Source of the DNA: Fimbriimonadales bacterium
Lineage (GTDB): Bacteria > Armatimonadota > Fimbriimonadia > Fimbriimonadales > ATM1
Length of the DNA stretch: 64,000 nt
NCBI GenBank assembly: GCA_051003155.1
Contig: JBPCLO010000026.1
Location: forward strand, 196,747-260,746
Direction: 5' to 3'
Shown here piece after piece: positions 40,358 to 50,824 of this stretch; position 1 is the stretch's first letter; the number at the start of each line of letters is the position of its first letter. The position numbers and the translations under genes were made by a program. The notes beneath the pieces are model-generated. The model ran no database searches, was not told the origin of the DNA, and saw nothing but the letters and a program-made list of their open reading frames with translations.

Positions 40358-41440
40358 GTGCCCCAACTTACTGATCATCACGTCTTAGATGCCCTTCGCG
40401 CCGTCGTCGACCCGGATCTGCGGAAGGACATCGTGTCCCTCGGCTTCGTTAAAGACATAAAGGTCGAAGGCGACCGGGTTTCGTTCAAGGTGGAACTCAC
40501 GACCCCGGCCTGCCCCGTCAAGGATCAGCTGAAGCAAGAGTGCGAGGACGCCGTTCGGGCTCTAGGCGCACAGCTAGTGGACGTCGAAATGACGGCGAGG
40601 GTCCGCGAGGCGCAGGACAAGGCGGAGCTGCTTCCGAACGTCAAGAACGTAATCGCAATCGCTTCGGGAAAGGGGGGCGTCGGGAAGAGCACGGTCGCCG
40701 TCAATCTGGCGGTTGCGCTCGCTCAAAAGGGCGCGAAAGTCGGTCTCATGGACGCCGATGTCTACGGCCCGAGCATCCCAATGATGATGGGCTGCGCGGA
40801 CGAGAAGCCGTGGACCGAAGGCGGCAAAATCATCCCCATCGAGCGATACGGTCTGAAGCTGATGTCGCTCGGCTTCCTGCTCGAGGAGGGCCAAGCGGTC
40901 CTCTGGCGCGGGCCAATGGTGGCGGGAACCGTCAAACAGCTCTTGGGCGACGTGAAATGGGGTGAACTCGACTACTTGCTCGTCGACCTACCCCCCGGAA
41001 CGGGCGACGCGCCGATGTCGCTCGCGCAACTCGTGCCCCTAACCGGCGTCGTTATCGTCGCGACGCCTCACGACGTGGCCGCGAACATCGCGGGCAAGTC
41101 GGTGGCGCTCTTCAAGCGGCTCAACTCGCCCATCCTGGGAGTGGTCGAGAATATGTCGATGTTCGTTTGCCCCCACTGCAGCGAAACGACACAGATTTTC
41201 GCTGGCTTGAACGGGCGGGACCTCGCCAGGTCGTTCGACGTGCCATTTTTGGGCTCGATTCCGCTCGACCCGGCGATTAGCGCGTCCGGCGACGATGGCT
41301 CACCGAGCATCGTGATGTACCCAGAGCGTCCACAGGCAGCCCAGTTCCGCGAGATCGCCGGCGAACTCGCACGCCAGATCAGCATGCACGCTTACGCCGA
41401 GAAGGGGCTGGTACGCGGACTTGGTGCGACGTCCGGTTAG
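40358..41440 (+). CDS. mrp: Mrp/ApbC (NBP35) Fe-S cluster carrier ATPase
   Basis: DUF59 N-terminus (TPACP), SGKGGVGKS, DADVYGPS, DLPPGTGD and ENMS..CPHC. Confidence 0.95.
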   Translation: MPQLTDHHVLDALRAVVDPDLRKDIVSLGFVKDIKVEGDRVSFKVELTTPACPVKDQLKQECEDAVRALGAQLVDVEMTARVREAQDKAELLPNVKNVIAIASGKGGVGKSTVAVNLAVALAQKGAKVGLMDADVYGPSIPMMMGCADEKPWTEGGKIIPIERYGLKLMSLGFLLEEGQAVLWRGPMVAGTVKQLLGDVKWGELDYLLVDLPPGTGDAPMSLAQLVPLTGVVIVATPHDVAANIAGKSVALFKRLNSPILGVVENMSMFVCPHCSETTQIFAGLNGRDLARSFDVPFLGSIPLDPAISASGDDGSPSIVMYPERPQAAQFREIAGELARQISMHAYAEKGLVRGLGATSG

Positions 41441-41567
41441 TCATCCCCACCCCCGGAAGGATGAGGACGGTTGGTCGGGCGCCAAACGATGCCCGCCGCC
41501 ATGGCCGGCCACCCGGACAACGAAATCAATGCCAGCATGAGGTGGTCGTCCAGTCTAAAATGAACCG

Positions 41568-42914
41568 ATGGCTGAGCCGAGAGTAACGGTCGTAGGCGGT
41601 GGCTTCGCGGGTTGCGAAGCCGCCTGGGCAGCCGCCAACTTGGGTGCGAGCGTGCGGCTCTTCGAAATGCGGCCCGGGAAGCAGACCCCTGCGCACAAGA
41701 CCGACAAGCTGGCCGAGCTCGTCTGCTCGAATAGTTTCAAATCCATGAACCCCGATTCGCCCGCGGGACAATTGAAGGCCGAAATGGAGGCGCTCGGGTC
41801 GCTCATGATACCGGTCGCGAAGAAGCATACGGTGCCCGGCGGCGAGGCGCTCGCTGTCGACCGGGAAGCGTTCGCGGACGAGATGACGGAGCGAATAACT
41901 GCCCACCCGCTGATCGAGGTGATTCGCGAAGAGTGGGCGGCGAGCGACATGGAATCTCCGACCGTGATCGCAACCGGCCCGCTGACCTCGGAAAATCTTT
42001 CCGAGTGGATCGCGAGACTCGCCGGCCGCGAGCATCTCTACTTCTACGACGCGGTAAGCCCGACAGTAGAAGCCCCCACGGTCGACATGTCCAAGGCTTG
42101 GGAGCAAAGCCGCTACGACAAGGGTGACGCGGCCTACATCAACTGCCCAATGGACAGAGAGCAATATGATGAGTTCATCGACGCCCTACTCTGCGCGGAG
42201 CAAGCGCCGCTTCATGGTTTCGAGAAGGGCAAGTATTTCGAGGGCTGCATGCCAATCGAGGAGATCGCACAGCGAGGACGGGAGTCGCTGCGGTTTGGCA
42301 ACTTCAAACCGGTCGGCCTCACGAACCCGCACACCGGCGCGAGGGCGTACGCAGTTCTTCAACTGAGGCCCGAAAACCGCGAGAAGACCCTCTACTCTAT
42401 GGTGGCCTGCCAGAACCGTCTGCGATGGGGCGAGCAGAAACGGGTCTTCCAGATGATTCCGGGTTTGCGGAGCGCCGAGTTCGTCCGTTTCGGGGTCATC
42501 CACCGAAATACCTATCTGGACTCTCCCAGGTTGATCGGGCCGGACTGTAAGGCTCTCGACGGCCGGTCGCTCTTCTTCGCGGGTCAGATTACCGGCGTGG
42601 AAGGCTACGTCGAGAGCGGCGCGATCGGGATCTTGGCGGGAATGAACGCAGCGCGTCTCGCTCTCGGGGAGAGCCTCTATGTGCCGCCCAGGCCGTGCGC
42701 GTACGGTTGCTTGACGTCTCACATTACAAACGCTGAGTCCCCGGAGTTCTTGCCGATGAACATCAACTGGGGCCTGTTTCCCGAACCTGAGCCTCCTATC
42801 AAGGACAAAGGTGGGAGACGCCAGGCTAAGCTGGAAAACGCCAGAAAAGCATTCGAAACATGGCTCAACGAACTTTCTTTGAACCATGGGGCAGCAGTTT
42901 TACACTCATCCTAA
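41568..42914 (+). CDS. trmFO: Folate/FAD-dependent tRNA (U54) methyltransferase
   Basis: GGGFAGCEAA, ELVCSNS, FEGCMPIE, HRNTY and GQITGVEGY motifs. Confidence 0.96.
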   Translation: MAEPRVTVVGGGFAGCEAAWAAANLGASVRLFEMRPGKQTPAHKTDKLAELVCSNSFKSMNPDSPAGQLKAEMEALGSLMIPVAKKHTVPGGEALAVDREAFADEMTERITAHPLIEVIREEWAASDMESPTVIATGPLTSENLSEWIARLAGREHLYFYDAVSPTVEAPTVDMSKAWEQSRYDKGDAAYINCPMDREQYDEFIDALLCAEQAPLHGFEKGKYFEGCMPIEEIAQRGRESLRFGNFKPVGLTNPHTGARAYAVLQLRPENREKTLYSMVACQNRLRWGEQKRVFQMIPGLRSAEFVRFGVIHRNTYLDSPRLIGPDCKALDGRSLFFAGQITGVEGYVESGAIGILAGMNAARLALGESLYVPPRPCAYGCLTSHITNAESPEFLPMNINWGLFPEPEPPIKDKGGRRQAKLENARKAFETWLNELSLNHGAAVLHSS

Positions 42915-42920
42915 CAGCAA

Positions 42921-43433
42921 ATGGATCATGTTGCGGAACGGGCGGCTCGTGGCGACCGCGAAGCTCTTGCGAAGATCGTCGCCGAGCACTACTCGGGCGT
43001 CTTCCGCTTCTGCTCGCGCCTCCTGGATGCCCAAAGGGCAGAAGACGCCGCCCAGGAAACGTTCCTTCGAGCCGGCGGGCAGATCAAGGGCTTCAGGCAG
43101 GAATCCACGATGAAAACCTGGCTATTCGGCATCGCACTGAACGTTTGCAGAAACGAACGAAGAAGTATGAAACCGACCCTACCCCTGCAAGATTGGGACC
43201 ACGCCCCTGGCGCGCCGGACAAGGGCGTCATCGCGGCCCATCTGCTTAGAGAAGCGATGGCGCGTCTCGACGCCGATCACCGCGACATCGTTGTCCTGCA
43301 CGAAATGGAGGGCCGCACGTATCAGGAATGCGCGCAAACTCTCGCCATCCCAGTCGGGACCGTGAAGAGCCGCCTGCACTACGCATTTCTTCGACTTAGA
43401 GAACTCTTGAAGGACCGGGAGACCGCACGATGA
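42921..43433 (+). CDS. ECF sigma-70 factor
   Basis: AEDAAQETF, TWLFGIALN and GTVKSRLHYA. Confidence 0.92.
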   Translation: MDHVAERAARGDREALAKIVAEHYSGVFRFCSRLLDAQRAEDAAQETFLRAGGQIKGFRQESTMKTWLFGIALNVCRNERRSMKPTLPLQDWDHAPGAPDKGVIAAHLLREAMARLDADHRDIVVLHEMEGRTYQECAQTLAIPVGTVKSRLHYAFLRLRELLKDRETAR

Positions 43434-44569
43434 GCACGCAAGGCATTAGAGAAGATTTGAAGGCATACCTGGACGGCGAGTTGCCGGAAGAGAGGGCGGC
43501 CGAGGTTCGACATGCTATCGAGTTCGATCCGTCGCTTCGAGAGGAGACGGAATCCTTCGGTCGCATCGGTGATAGCTTGAGGAACATGACCATTGGGCCG
43601 GAGCCCAGGGGAGCCGAGGCCGCAAGAGCGGCGTCCGTCACTCAGAAGAAATGGTGGCTGACTGCCTCCGCCGGCATCGCCGCTGCCGCTGCATGCCTGC
43701 TGATTGCCATGGTCGTCGTCCGAGGGGTGGACCGGGGCATGAGCGAAACGGCGGCGCCAGACCTCGCGAGTGAGGTCGATCTAAAGGAACAGCAGGGTAA
43801 GGCGCCGGCCGGTACCTTACTGTCAGAAGACATTGTTGGCAGGCCGTTAAAGACCCTGGGAGGGGCCGCGCCCGAAGCAACAGTCGAGTCGCCCCGTGCC
43901 GAAGCCGACCGTGCCGTCGTTCGCACCGGAAATCTGTCGCTAAGGGTCGCAAACTTGAAGCAGTCGGAGACCAAGGCCACCTCCCTCGTCAAATCCTGGG
44001 GCGGCTATGTCGAGGACAGCGAGTCCAGCGACCTCGAGAGCGAGCATCCGTCGATGCTTTTAACGCTTCGTGTGCCGGAGGCGCACTTTGAGACGGCCTT
44101 GACGAAATTCGAAGAACTCGGTGTTCGCACCGCGAAGTCCGTAACCGGCAAGGACGTTACCGCGCAACTCGTGGACATGGACGCCCGCCTGAAAAACCTT
44201 CGCGCACAAGAAGAGACCTACCGCCAAATCCTCGGGCATTCCAACAAGGTCGGTGAAGTTCTCTCCGTGCAGCAGCATCTATCGGAGATCCGAGGCGAGA
44301 TTGAGGCGATGGCCGCGAGCAGGCAGTCGATGGCGAAGCTTGCCGCCCTGTCGACCATTTCGCTTACGCTCCAGCAAAGGCCCGCCGCCAAGGAGTTGCA
44401 AGGTGACGCGGGCTGGGCATCCGATGCCTGGGCAAGCGCTACACAAACTCTTGGTGACGCATTCAAGGCGCTATCGGTCGCCGTTATCTGGGCTTTCGTC
44501 TACGCGCCCCTGTGGCTGCCCATCGCGTTCTTCGGCCGGGTTCTTGCCCGCCGGGTGGCTCGTCGATAA
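43430..44569 (+). CDS. Anti-sigma factor with DUF4349 domain
   Basis: LKAYLDGEL N-terminus, TM segment, LTLRVP, DVTAQLVD and C-terminal TM; coupled to the sigma gene. Confidence 0.85.
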   Translation: MSTQGIREDLKAYLDGELPEERAAEVRHAIEFDPSLREETESFGRIGDSLRNMTIGPEPRGAEAARAASVTQKKWWLTASAGIAAAAACLLIAMVVVRGVDRGMSETAAPDLASEVDLKEQQGKAPAGTLLSEDIVGRPLKTLGGAAPEATVESPRAEADRAVVRTGNLSLRVANLKQSETKATSLVKSWGGYVEDSESSDLESEHPSMLLTLRVPEAHFETALTKFEELGVRTAKSVTGKDVTAQLVDMDARLKNLRAQEETYRQILGHSNKVGEVLSVQQHLSEIRGEIEAMAASRQSMAKLAALSTISLTLQQRPAAKELQGDAGWASDAWASATQTLGDAFKALSVAVIWAFVYAPLWLPIAFFGRVLARRVARR

Positions 44570-44637
44570 TCTGCCGAGCATTCATTCCCCATCGTAGATG
44601 TAGCAACGTGTGCCCGGTTCTTGGTAAATTACAAGCC

Positions 44638-45522
44638 ATGTTTCGCAGACCCGTCCGCATAGTCCCCCTCTTTTCGCTTGCGACGCTCTTACTGGCCTTC
44701 GGGTGCACGAATCAGGAGGTCATGCCGACGCAGATCGTCTTCACGTCCGATCGAGACGGAAGCCCCCAAGTCTACATAATGGAGGCGAACGGCGCGGATG
44801 TCCGAAGGCTAACCGACCCCACCAACCCCAACAGCGAGCCCGCAATGTCGGGCGCCGGCACCAAGATCGTTTATAGTTCATTCCGGGGCGGCAATTTGGA
44901 CATTTTCATGAACAACAATCTCGGCACAAACGAACAACCGCGTACCGAGGACAGAATAAACGAGTATTCGCCTGTGCTCAACAAGAATGGTAACAAAGTA
45001 GTTTATGTTGGCGAGATATCCGGGCAACCGCAGATTTTTATTATGGATTCGGGCGGCGGGAACAAAAAGAGGCTGACCGAGGAGCGATCGAGAGATATTT
45101 TGCCGACGTTTAATGAAACCGGATCGAGAATTATTTTCGTTTCCGACCGGACCGGAAACAACGATGTTTGGATTATGCGAATCGACGGTTCCGACCCCGT
45201 AAACCTGACGAACGATCCAGCGGACGACACAACGCCAGCAGCATCTTCGGACGGCGATCGAATTATTTTTTCTTCTAACCGCAGCGGCATCTATCAGATT
45301 TACTCGATGCGCGCGGATGGAACAGAGGTCGCCGCCCTGACGACAAGCGCCGGGAATAAGAGGGGCCCGTCCGTCTCCTTAAACGGCCGCAAGATTTTCT
45401 TTTTCTCGGACGCGACCGGAAACAATGACGTTTATTCGATGAACAGCGACGGAACCGAAGAAACTAACCTCACCAACAATGCCGCCAATGACACCAAGAC
45501 GGCGACGTGGGTTGCGCCGTAA
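44638..45522 (+). CDS. TolB-like PD40 beta-propeller lipoprotein
   Basis: Lipobox AFGC; repeated IVF.S.R.G...IY.M..DG....LT. Confidence 0.88.
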   Translation: MFRRPVRIVPLFSLATLLLAFGCTNQEVMPTQIVFTSDRDGSPQVYIMEANGADVRRLTDPTNPNSEPAMSGAGTKIVYSSFRGGNLDIFMNNNLGTNEQPRTEDRINEYSPVLNKNGNKVVYVGEISGQPQIFIMDSGGGNKKRLTEERSRDILPTFNETGSRIIFVSDRTGNNDVWIMRIDGSDPVNLTNDPADDTTPAASSDGDRIIFSSNRSGIYQIYSMRADGTEVAALTTSAGNKRGPSVSLNGRKIFFFSDATGNNDVYSMNSDGTEETNLTNNAANDTKTATWVAP

Positions 45523-45621
45523 GATTGCAGACACCAAGCGCGATCCCTATGCCGAAGGGATTGGTGGCATTTGAATCTGCAGCCATTAGTCTAGGGTCTC
45601 CGTCTAGTAAACTGAGTATTC

Positions 45622-46314
45622 GTGCACACACACATAATCGCGGCCATCGACACTCCTGAACTCGGCGAGGCCAAAGAGACAGTGCGGCGACTCTCTGCGC
45701 ACGTTTTCGCCTTCAAGATCGGGCACGCCCTCGTTCTAGGCCATGGCCTAAATGTTATCGACGATCTTCAGTCCGTCGGCGCGCAACGGATATTCCTCGA
45801 CATGAAGTTCCACGACATCCCGAACTCGGTCGCCCTCGGCGTGTACGAAGTGGCTCGACACGGCGTGTGGATGATGACCGTTCATGCGAGCGGCGGGCTT
45901 GCGATGATGGCTGCCGCTGTCGAGGCGGTCAGAGATGCAAACCACGAAATTCCGCCTTGCCTGGTCGGCGTTACGGTACTCACAAGTGTGGACGATGACA
46001 CCTTGCGCAACCAATTGGGCGTGATGCGCACGGCGAAAGAACAGGTGCAGCATCTTGCTAAGCTCGCGATCGACGCGGAACTCGACGGGGTCGTGTGTTC
46101 GGGGCAGGACGTGAACATGCTTCGCGAGGAATTGGGGCACGAGCCGATTCTTGTAACCCCAGGAATCCGCGCGCCTGGCGGCGATGTGAACGACCAGAAG
46201 CGAACGTCCACGGCTGCCGAATCCTTGAGCGCAGGCGCTAACTACGTGGTCGTCGGCCGAGCTCTCACCGCTGCGCCCGACCCAGAGTTGGCCCTCACCT
46301 CTCTTGGACTTTAG
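45622..46314 (+). CDS. pyrF: Orotidine-5'-phosphate decarboxylase
   Basis: FLDMKFHDIPNS, VTVLTS, TPGIR, DQKR and VVGR motifs. Confidence 0.96.
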   Translation: MHTHIIAAIDTPELGEAKETVRRLSAHVFAFKIGHALVLGHGLNVIDDLQSVGAQRIFLDMKFHDIPNSVALGVYEVARHGVWMMTVHASGGLAMMAAAVEAVRDANHEIPPCLVGVTVLTSVDDDTLRNQLGVMRTAKEQVQHLAKLAIDAELDGVVCSGQDVNMLREELGHEPILVTPGIRAPGGDVNDQKRTSTAAESLSAGANYVVVGRALTAAPDPELALTSLGL

Positions 46315-47284
46315 CCGGAGGCTCGTCACCTGGTATCTCGCCCACGCGCGAGACCTGCCATGGCGGCGAACCTCGGATCCGTACGCGATCTGGGTTAGCG
46401 AAGTGATGTTGCAACAAACGCAGGTCGCGACCGTGGTGCCGTATTTTGAAAGCTTCCTGGCTCGGTTTCCGAACCGAGAGAAGCTAGCCGGTGCGGACGA
46501 GCAAGCAGTCTTGGCGGTATGGCAGGGCCTCGGTTATTACAGGCGAGCTAAGAACCTCCACTCGGCCTCAAAGCAAGCCGCGCCGAGTACGGCCGAAGGA
46601 CTGGCGCAACTTCCTGGGATCGGCAGGTACACGTCGCGAGCAATTGCCAGCATGGCTTTCGGCGAAAGGGTTGCGTGCGTCGACGGCAACGTGAGACGCG
46701 TGATCTGCCGATTTTTCGGGCGCGACATGACGGACCGAGAATGCGAGTCTCGCTCATTGGACCTTATGGCGAACGCGAATCCGGGAGAATGGAACCAGGC
46801 GGTTATGGAACTGGGGGCGATGGTATGCCTACCGAAATCGCCGAGGTGCGCCTCTTGCCCACTGAAGACAGGGTGTATCGCAAAGTCTGAAGGCAGCCAA
46901 GACTCGCTTCCACGACCCCGGGCAAAGTGTGCGGTCGATTCACAGCGACACCTTTGCGTGTGCCCTATCGCCGGCGGCGAAGCAGGCATCCGTCGCATCC
47001 CGGAAGGAGAGTGGTGGGCGTCAATGTGGGAGTTTCCGCGCGTAAAGCTCGATGCCGACGAAAGCATGGAAGACGGCTTACTTCGGCTCGGATTTCCGAA
47101 CGCTACTCTGATGGGAACTCATGCGCACGTCGTCACCAAGCATCAGATTCGGCTGTCGGCATATCGGTGCACTTCGATAAGAACCGAGAACCTTAGGTGG
47201 ATGCCGTTGGATGCTCTGAGCGCCCTGCCGATGCCCGCGCCTCAAAGAAGGGTAGCAGCCTTACTGACGGAGTCGCTATGTTAG
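46304..47284 (+). CDS. mutY: A/G-specific adenine glycosylase
   Basis: RDLPWR, SEVMLQQT, GLGYY, LPGIGRYT, VDGNV, C-x6-C-x2-C-x5-C and a NUDIX-like tail. Confidence 0.95.
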   Translation: MDFSRRLVTWYLAHARDLPWRRTSDPYAIWVSEVMLQQTQVATVVPYFESFLARFPNREKLAGADEQAVLAVWQGLGYYRRAKNLHSASKQAAPSTAEGLAQLPGIGRYTSRAIASMAFGERVACVDGNVRRVICRFFGRDMTDRECESRSLDLMANANPGEWNQAVMELGAMVCLPKSPRCASCPLKTGCIAKSEGSQDSLPRPRAKCAVDSQRHLCVCPIAGGEAGIRRIPEGEWWASMWEFPRVKLDADESMEDGLLRLGFPNATLMGTHAHVVTKHQIRLSAYRCTSIRTENLRWMPLDALSALPMPAPQRRVAALLTESLC

Positions 47285-47547
47285 GTATGCCACCGCTGAG
47301 CCTGAAGATAGGCCTCCTTTTGATTGCGAGCGGCGCGCTTTGCTGGCTTATGTTCGCTGTGATGAGACTACCGAATGAAGCGCGGTTCGCCAAGTTGACC
47401 ACGCTTGCAGCCGCTGCCAGTTTCGGTCTGTATGCGTTGCTCGAACAGCAAATCGGAATCGGACGTATGTCCGCATTCTATACGGGTATCGGTGTCGCGG
47501 TAGCGATCGGTTTGGCGTGGGGATACGCGCTCAACCGGCGGTCGTAG
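47278..47547 (+). CDS. Small three-TM hypothetical protein
   Basis: Three hydrophobic segments; overlaps the end of mutY. Confidence 0.55.
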   Translation: MLGMPPLSLKIGLLLIASGALCWLMFAVMRLPNEARFAKLTTLAAAASFGLYALLEQQIGIGRMSAFYTGIGVAVAIGLAWGYALNRRS

Positions 47548-48589
47548 GCACCAGTAAGGCGTCTAGGAACGGGCCGCAGCCGTGCCTCACCGGGTCCGAT
47601 ACCGGCAGGCAGGTTTCCTCTGCGAGTCGTTCGCACTCTTCCAATGCCTCGCCCCCTGAAAGCTCGGCCGTGTTCAGGGCCACGCCGATCGTTTTCGGCG
47701 CCGGGAAGCAGCCGCAGGAAGCAGCTACACGCTCGTTCAACTCGATCAAATCGCGAATGGGCGGGATCGAAAACTCCTCCATCCGCTTCAGGCCCTGCTG
47801 ACGGGCCCGGTGAGCAAACAGCAAATGGGTCGGCATCGAGCCCCTCATGAGGGCGAGGCTAGCTGTCGACGCAGGATGGTTCAATGCGCCCTGCCCCTCA
47901 ACGACGACCACGTCCGCGCCGTTTTGCGCCGCTGCGACGACCTCCCGCTCGATAACACCGGCAGCGTAATCGAGGCGCACTGCATCCAGAGGCACTCCAG
48001 TCCCTGCGATGCAAATTCCAACCTGCCCGGTTGCCAAGAACCTTGTCGATATCCCCCTGCCGCCGGCCGCAGCAACGCACTCCAGGGCCGCGGTCATTTT
48101 TCCTACAGACATGTCCGAGCCGACGGTGAGCAGCCTCTTTGCCGAAAGTCCAGCCGCCGCGCCGACGCCAGGCTCAAGCCCCTCGGGTTCAACACGTATA
48201 TCCCAAATCCAATTGTCGGCGCCGAGAAATTGGCCAAGTTGGTCCTCCCAACTACCATGAAGGGGGTTGACCAACGACATACCGAGTCGAAGCGCATCTC
48301 TCAGCTCCGGCCACCAAGCCTCCGGAAGGCGGCCGCCGGGCGGCGCGATGCCTACGATCAAGACGCGCGCACCTAGATCGTACGACTCGGCAACCGTGCC
48401 GACGATCGGGACATGCCGCAGTATGCCCGTGATCTCGGTCGAATCCCCACCGACGTGACTCGAATCGATCAAGGCGACGATCTTCGCTTCGCTATAACGG
48501 AGCATTCCCTGGCCAAGCTTGCCGAATCCGGTGTCGAGATGCCCGTGCATCAACAGCGCAATGCGATCGTCGGAGCCGAAGCGCCGCAT
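47531..48589 (-). CDS. DUF1611 protein (DgcN-like D-glutamate N-acetyltransferase family)
   Basis: GIAPPGG, GSDMSVGKM, ATGQ and VEGQG motifs. Confidence 0.88.
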   Translation of the reverse strand: MRRFGSDDRIALLMHGHLDTGFGKLGQGMLRYSEAKIVALIDSSHVGGDSTEITGILRHVPIVGTVAESYDLGARVLIVGIAPPGGRLPEAWWPELRDALRLGMSLVNPLHGSWEDQLGQFLGADNWIWDIRVEPEGLEPGVGAAAGLSAKRLLTVGSDMSVGKMTAALECVAAAGGRGISTRFLATGQVGICIAGTGVPLDAVRLDYAAGVIEREVVAAAQNGADVVVVEGQGALNHPASTASLALMRGSMPTHLLFAHRARQQGLKRMEEFSIPPIRDLIELNERVAASCGCFPAPKTIGVALNTAELSGGEALEECERLAEETCLPVSDPVRHGCGPFLDALLVPTTAG

Positions 48590-49617
48590 TACCGCAGGTC
48601 GACCCCGAAGCCCGGAACGTCACGGGGCACAATTCTCCCATCCATTAGCGAACAGCCCTCTGCCGGGTCCGGGTCGAGGTTGATGTGGCTGTCGAGGTCG
48701 ATGTAATCGAACAGGCCGCCGATCGCGGCGCCCGCAGATATGCTGACCGACGACTCGCCAAAACAGCCAATCATCGTCTTGAGTCCATGCGCCCTTGCCG
48801 TCGCAACGCACCGAAGCGCCTCTGCAATTCCGCCGCATTTCATCAGCTTGACGTTCACGCCGTCGCATGCGCCAGCGAGCCGCGCAACGTCCATGCTGTC
48901 GCGAACGTACTCGTCCACGAAGATCGGGATTTCGCGGACGGCCTTAAGTTCGTAAAGCCCGCGCTCGTCATCAAACCCGAGTGGCTGCTCAACATATCCC
49001 GCGCCATTCTGCGCGAGCCACTTCACCATCTTGATAGCGTCCGGGATGGACCATCCGCCGTTAGCGTCCACGCGAATCTTAGTTCCCGCGGGGGCTACCT
49101 CTCTCGCGGCGCAGAAAGCCTCCTTGTCCGCCTCGATGCCTTCGCGTCGACCTAGTTTGAGCTTAAGCTCGTCCGTTCCTACCTCACCTATGATTTCCGG
49201 AACCAACTCGCGGATCCTCTCGATCGGGTTAATGCCGACCGTGATACTGGTTCTGTGCTCGGATGGCTCTAGGCCGAGGAGGACGTGGACGGGCATGCCC
49301 GACGCCCGGCCGGTCCAATCGTAGCAGGCATTCACGACTGCTGCCCGCGCCGTCGTGCATATCTCTTTCGCTGCGCTTTCGACGGCGGCGATTTGAAAAG
49401 GCCGTAAGCCCGCGAGACGATCCGCCACATCCCGAAGGTCGATCTCGGCGCGTTCGGCGGTCTGCTGCTCGTAGGCGACCGGAGCCATCTCGCCGAGTCC
49501 GATATGCTGATCGTCCATTACTTCCACGAACAAATTCTCTGCCTCCGAGGACGTGCCTCGGCTAATCTGTAGCGGGTGTTTCTTCTTGAGAGTCAAGCGA
49601 GTGAAGCGTAGCTGCAT
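48589..49617 (-). CDS. Dipeptide epimerase, enolase superfamily (DgcA/YcjG-like)
   Basis: KLKLG, VDANGGW, EQP, DE, NVKLMKCGG and DLD motifs. Confidence 0.92.
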   Translation of the reverse strand: MQLRFTRLTLKKKHPLQISRGTSSEAENLFVEVMDDQHIGLGEMAPVAYEQQTAERAEIDLRDVADRLAGLRPFQIAAVESAAKEICTTARAAVVNACYDWTGRASGMPVHVLLGLEPSEHRTSITVGINPIERIRELVPEIIGEVGTDELKLKLGRREGIEADKEAFCAAREVAPAGTKIRVDANGGWSIPDAIKMVKWLAQNGAGYVEQPLGFDDERGLYELKAVREIPIFVDEYVRDSMDVARLAGACDGVNVKLMKCGGIAEALRCVATARAHGLKTMIGCFGESSVSISAGAAIGGLFDYIDLDSHINLDPDPAEGCSLMDGRIVPRDVPGFGVDLR

Positions 49618-49651
49618 CGCACCAAATCATGGCAGAAAGATAAACTGGTCC

Positions 49652-50728
49652 GTGGTGGATCAAGCGGACGAGGCCCTATTCGAAGAGAATGCCCGATTGG
49701 CGATGGCCGACGAGCCGGAAATCGCAATGCTCGGTCCGTTCGATACCGACTCCGGCGGCCATATTCCGGAGCTCGAAATCGCGTTTCAAACGTTTGGCGA
49801 ATTCAACCGGTCGAATGCCATCCTAATCTGCCACGCTCTCACGGGAACCTCTAATGTCTTGGGCTGGTGGGGCCGCTTGGCCGGTCCGGGCAAGCCCATC
49901 GACACCGACAAGTACTTCGTCATCGGCAATAACCTGTTGGGAGGTTGCCAAGGATCGACGGGGCCATCCTCCCTTGCCCCTGATGGCCGCATCTGGGGCT
50001 CGCGGTTTCCGATTCTCACGGTCGAGGACCAAGTGCGCGCCCAAGAACTGCTCCTCCGCTCGCTGAAGATCGAGGGCCTCCACGCGGTGATCGGGTGCAG
50101 CACGGGTGGGTTCCACGCACTTCGTTGGGCGCAACAGCATCCGATTCCGGTGGCCAAAGTGGCCGTAACCGCGAGTGGGCCGCGACAGAACGCCCTGCAG
50201 CTTGCCCTAAACGAGGCGGGGAGGCAGGCGGTTATGCGAGATCCGAAGTGGCGCGGGGGAGACTACCCAGCGAGCGACCCGCCGAAGGACGGCCTCGCCG
50301 TTGCGCGCATGATCGGCCACATCGCGTACCTCAGCGGCGCGGCCCTGGAGCAAAAGTTCGGGCGAAAGCCTCAGCGAGACGCCGTCAGCCTGTCTTTCGG
50401 CCCTGAGTTCGCTGTCGAAAGCTATCTGAATTACCAAGGCGACAAGTTCAACGAGCGATTCGACGCAAACAGCTACCTACACCTCACGCGTGCAGCCAAT
50501 TTCTTCGACCTCCGATCGCTCGAAGGCGCCCAATCCGAATTCCTTTTCGTTTCCTTCACATCCGACACTCTCTACCCGCCGGAACTCGCCGAGGAACTGA
50601 AGCGATTGGCCCAAGCTGCAGGCTGCAAGGCCGAGGTCGCGGTGATCGACCAACCCTACGGCCACGATTCGTTCCTACTCGATGGAGAGGGTCAGGGATC
50701 GGCTATTCTGGCATTCCTGGCGACCTGA
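49652..50728 (+). CDS. metX: Homoserine O-acyltransferase
   Basis: ICHALTG, GGCQGSTGP, nucleophile GCSTGG, YQGDKF..RFDANSY and GHDSFL. Confidence 0.92.
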   Translation: MVDQADEALFEENARLAMADEPEIAMLGPFDTDSGGHIPELEIAFQTFGEFNRSNAILICHALTGTSNVLGWWGRLAGPGKPIDTDKYFVIGNNLLGGCQGSTGPSSLAPDGRIWGSRFPILTVEDQVRAQELLLRSLKIEGLHAVIGCSTGGFHALRWAQQHPIPVAKVAVTASGPRQNALQLALNEAGRQAVMRDPKWRGGDYPASDPPKDGLAVARMIGHIAYLSGAALEQKFGRKPQRDAVSLSFGPEFAVESYLNYQGDKFNERFDANSYLHLTRAANFFDLRSLEGAQSEFLFVSFTSDTLYPPELAEELKRLAQAAGCKAEVAVIDQPYGHDSFLLDGEGQGSAILAFLAT

Positions 50729-50824
50729 GTCTTCATATTTGCCTCGTTGCATGCAGGAAGACACATGAATGCCAATTTGCGCCGAGTATTCTGTATGGGA
50801 AATCTTCGCAATGGAGGTAAGAAA

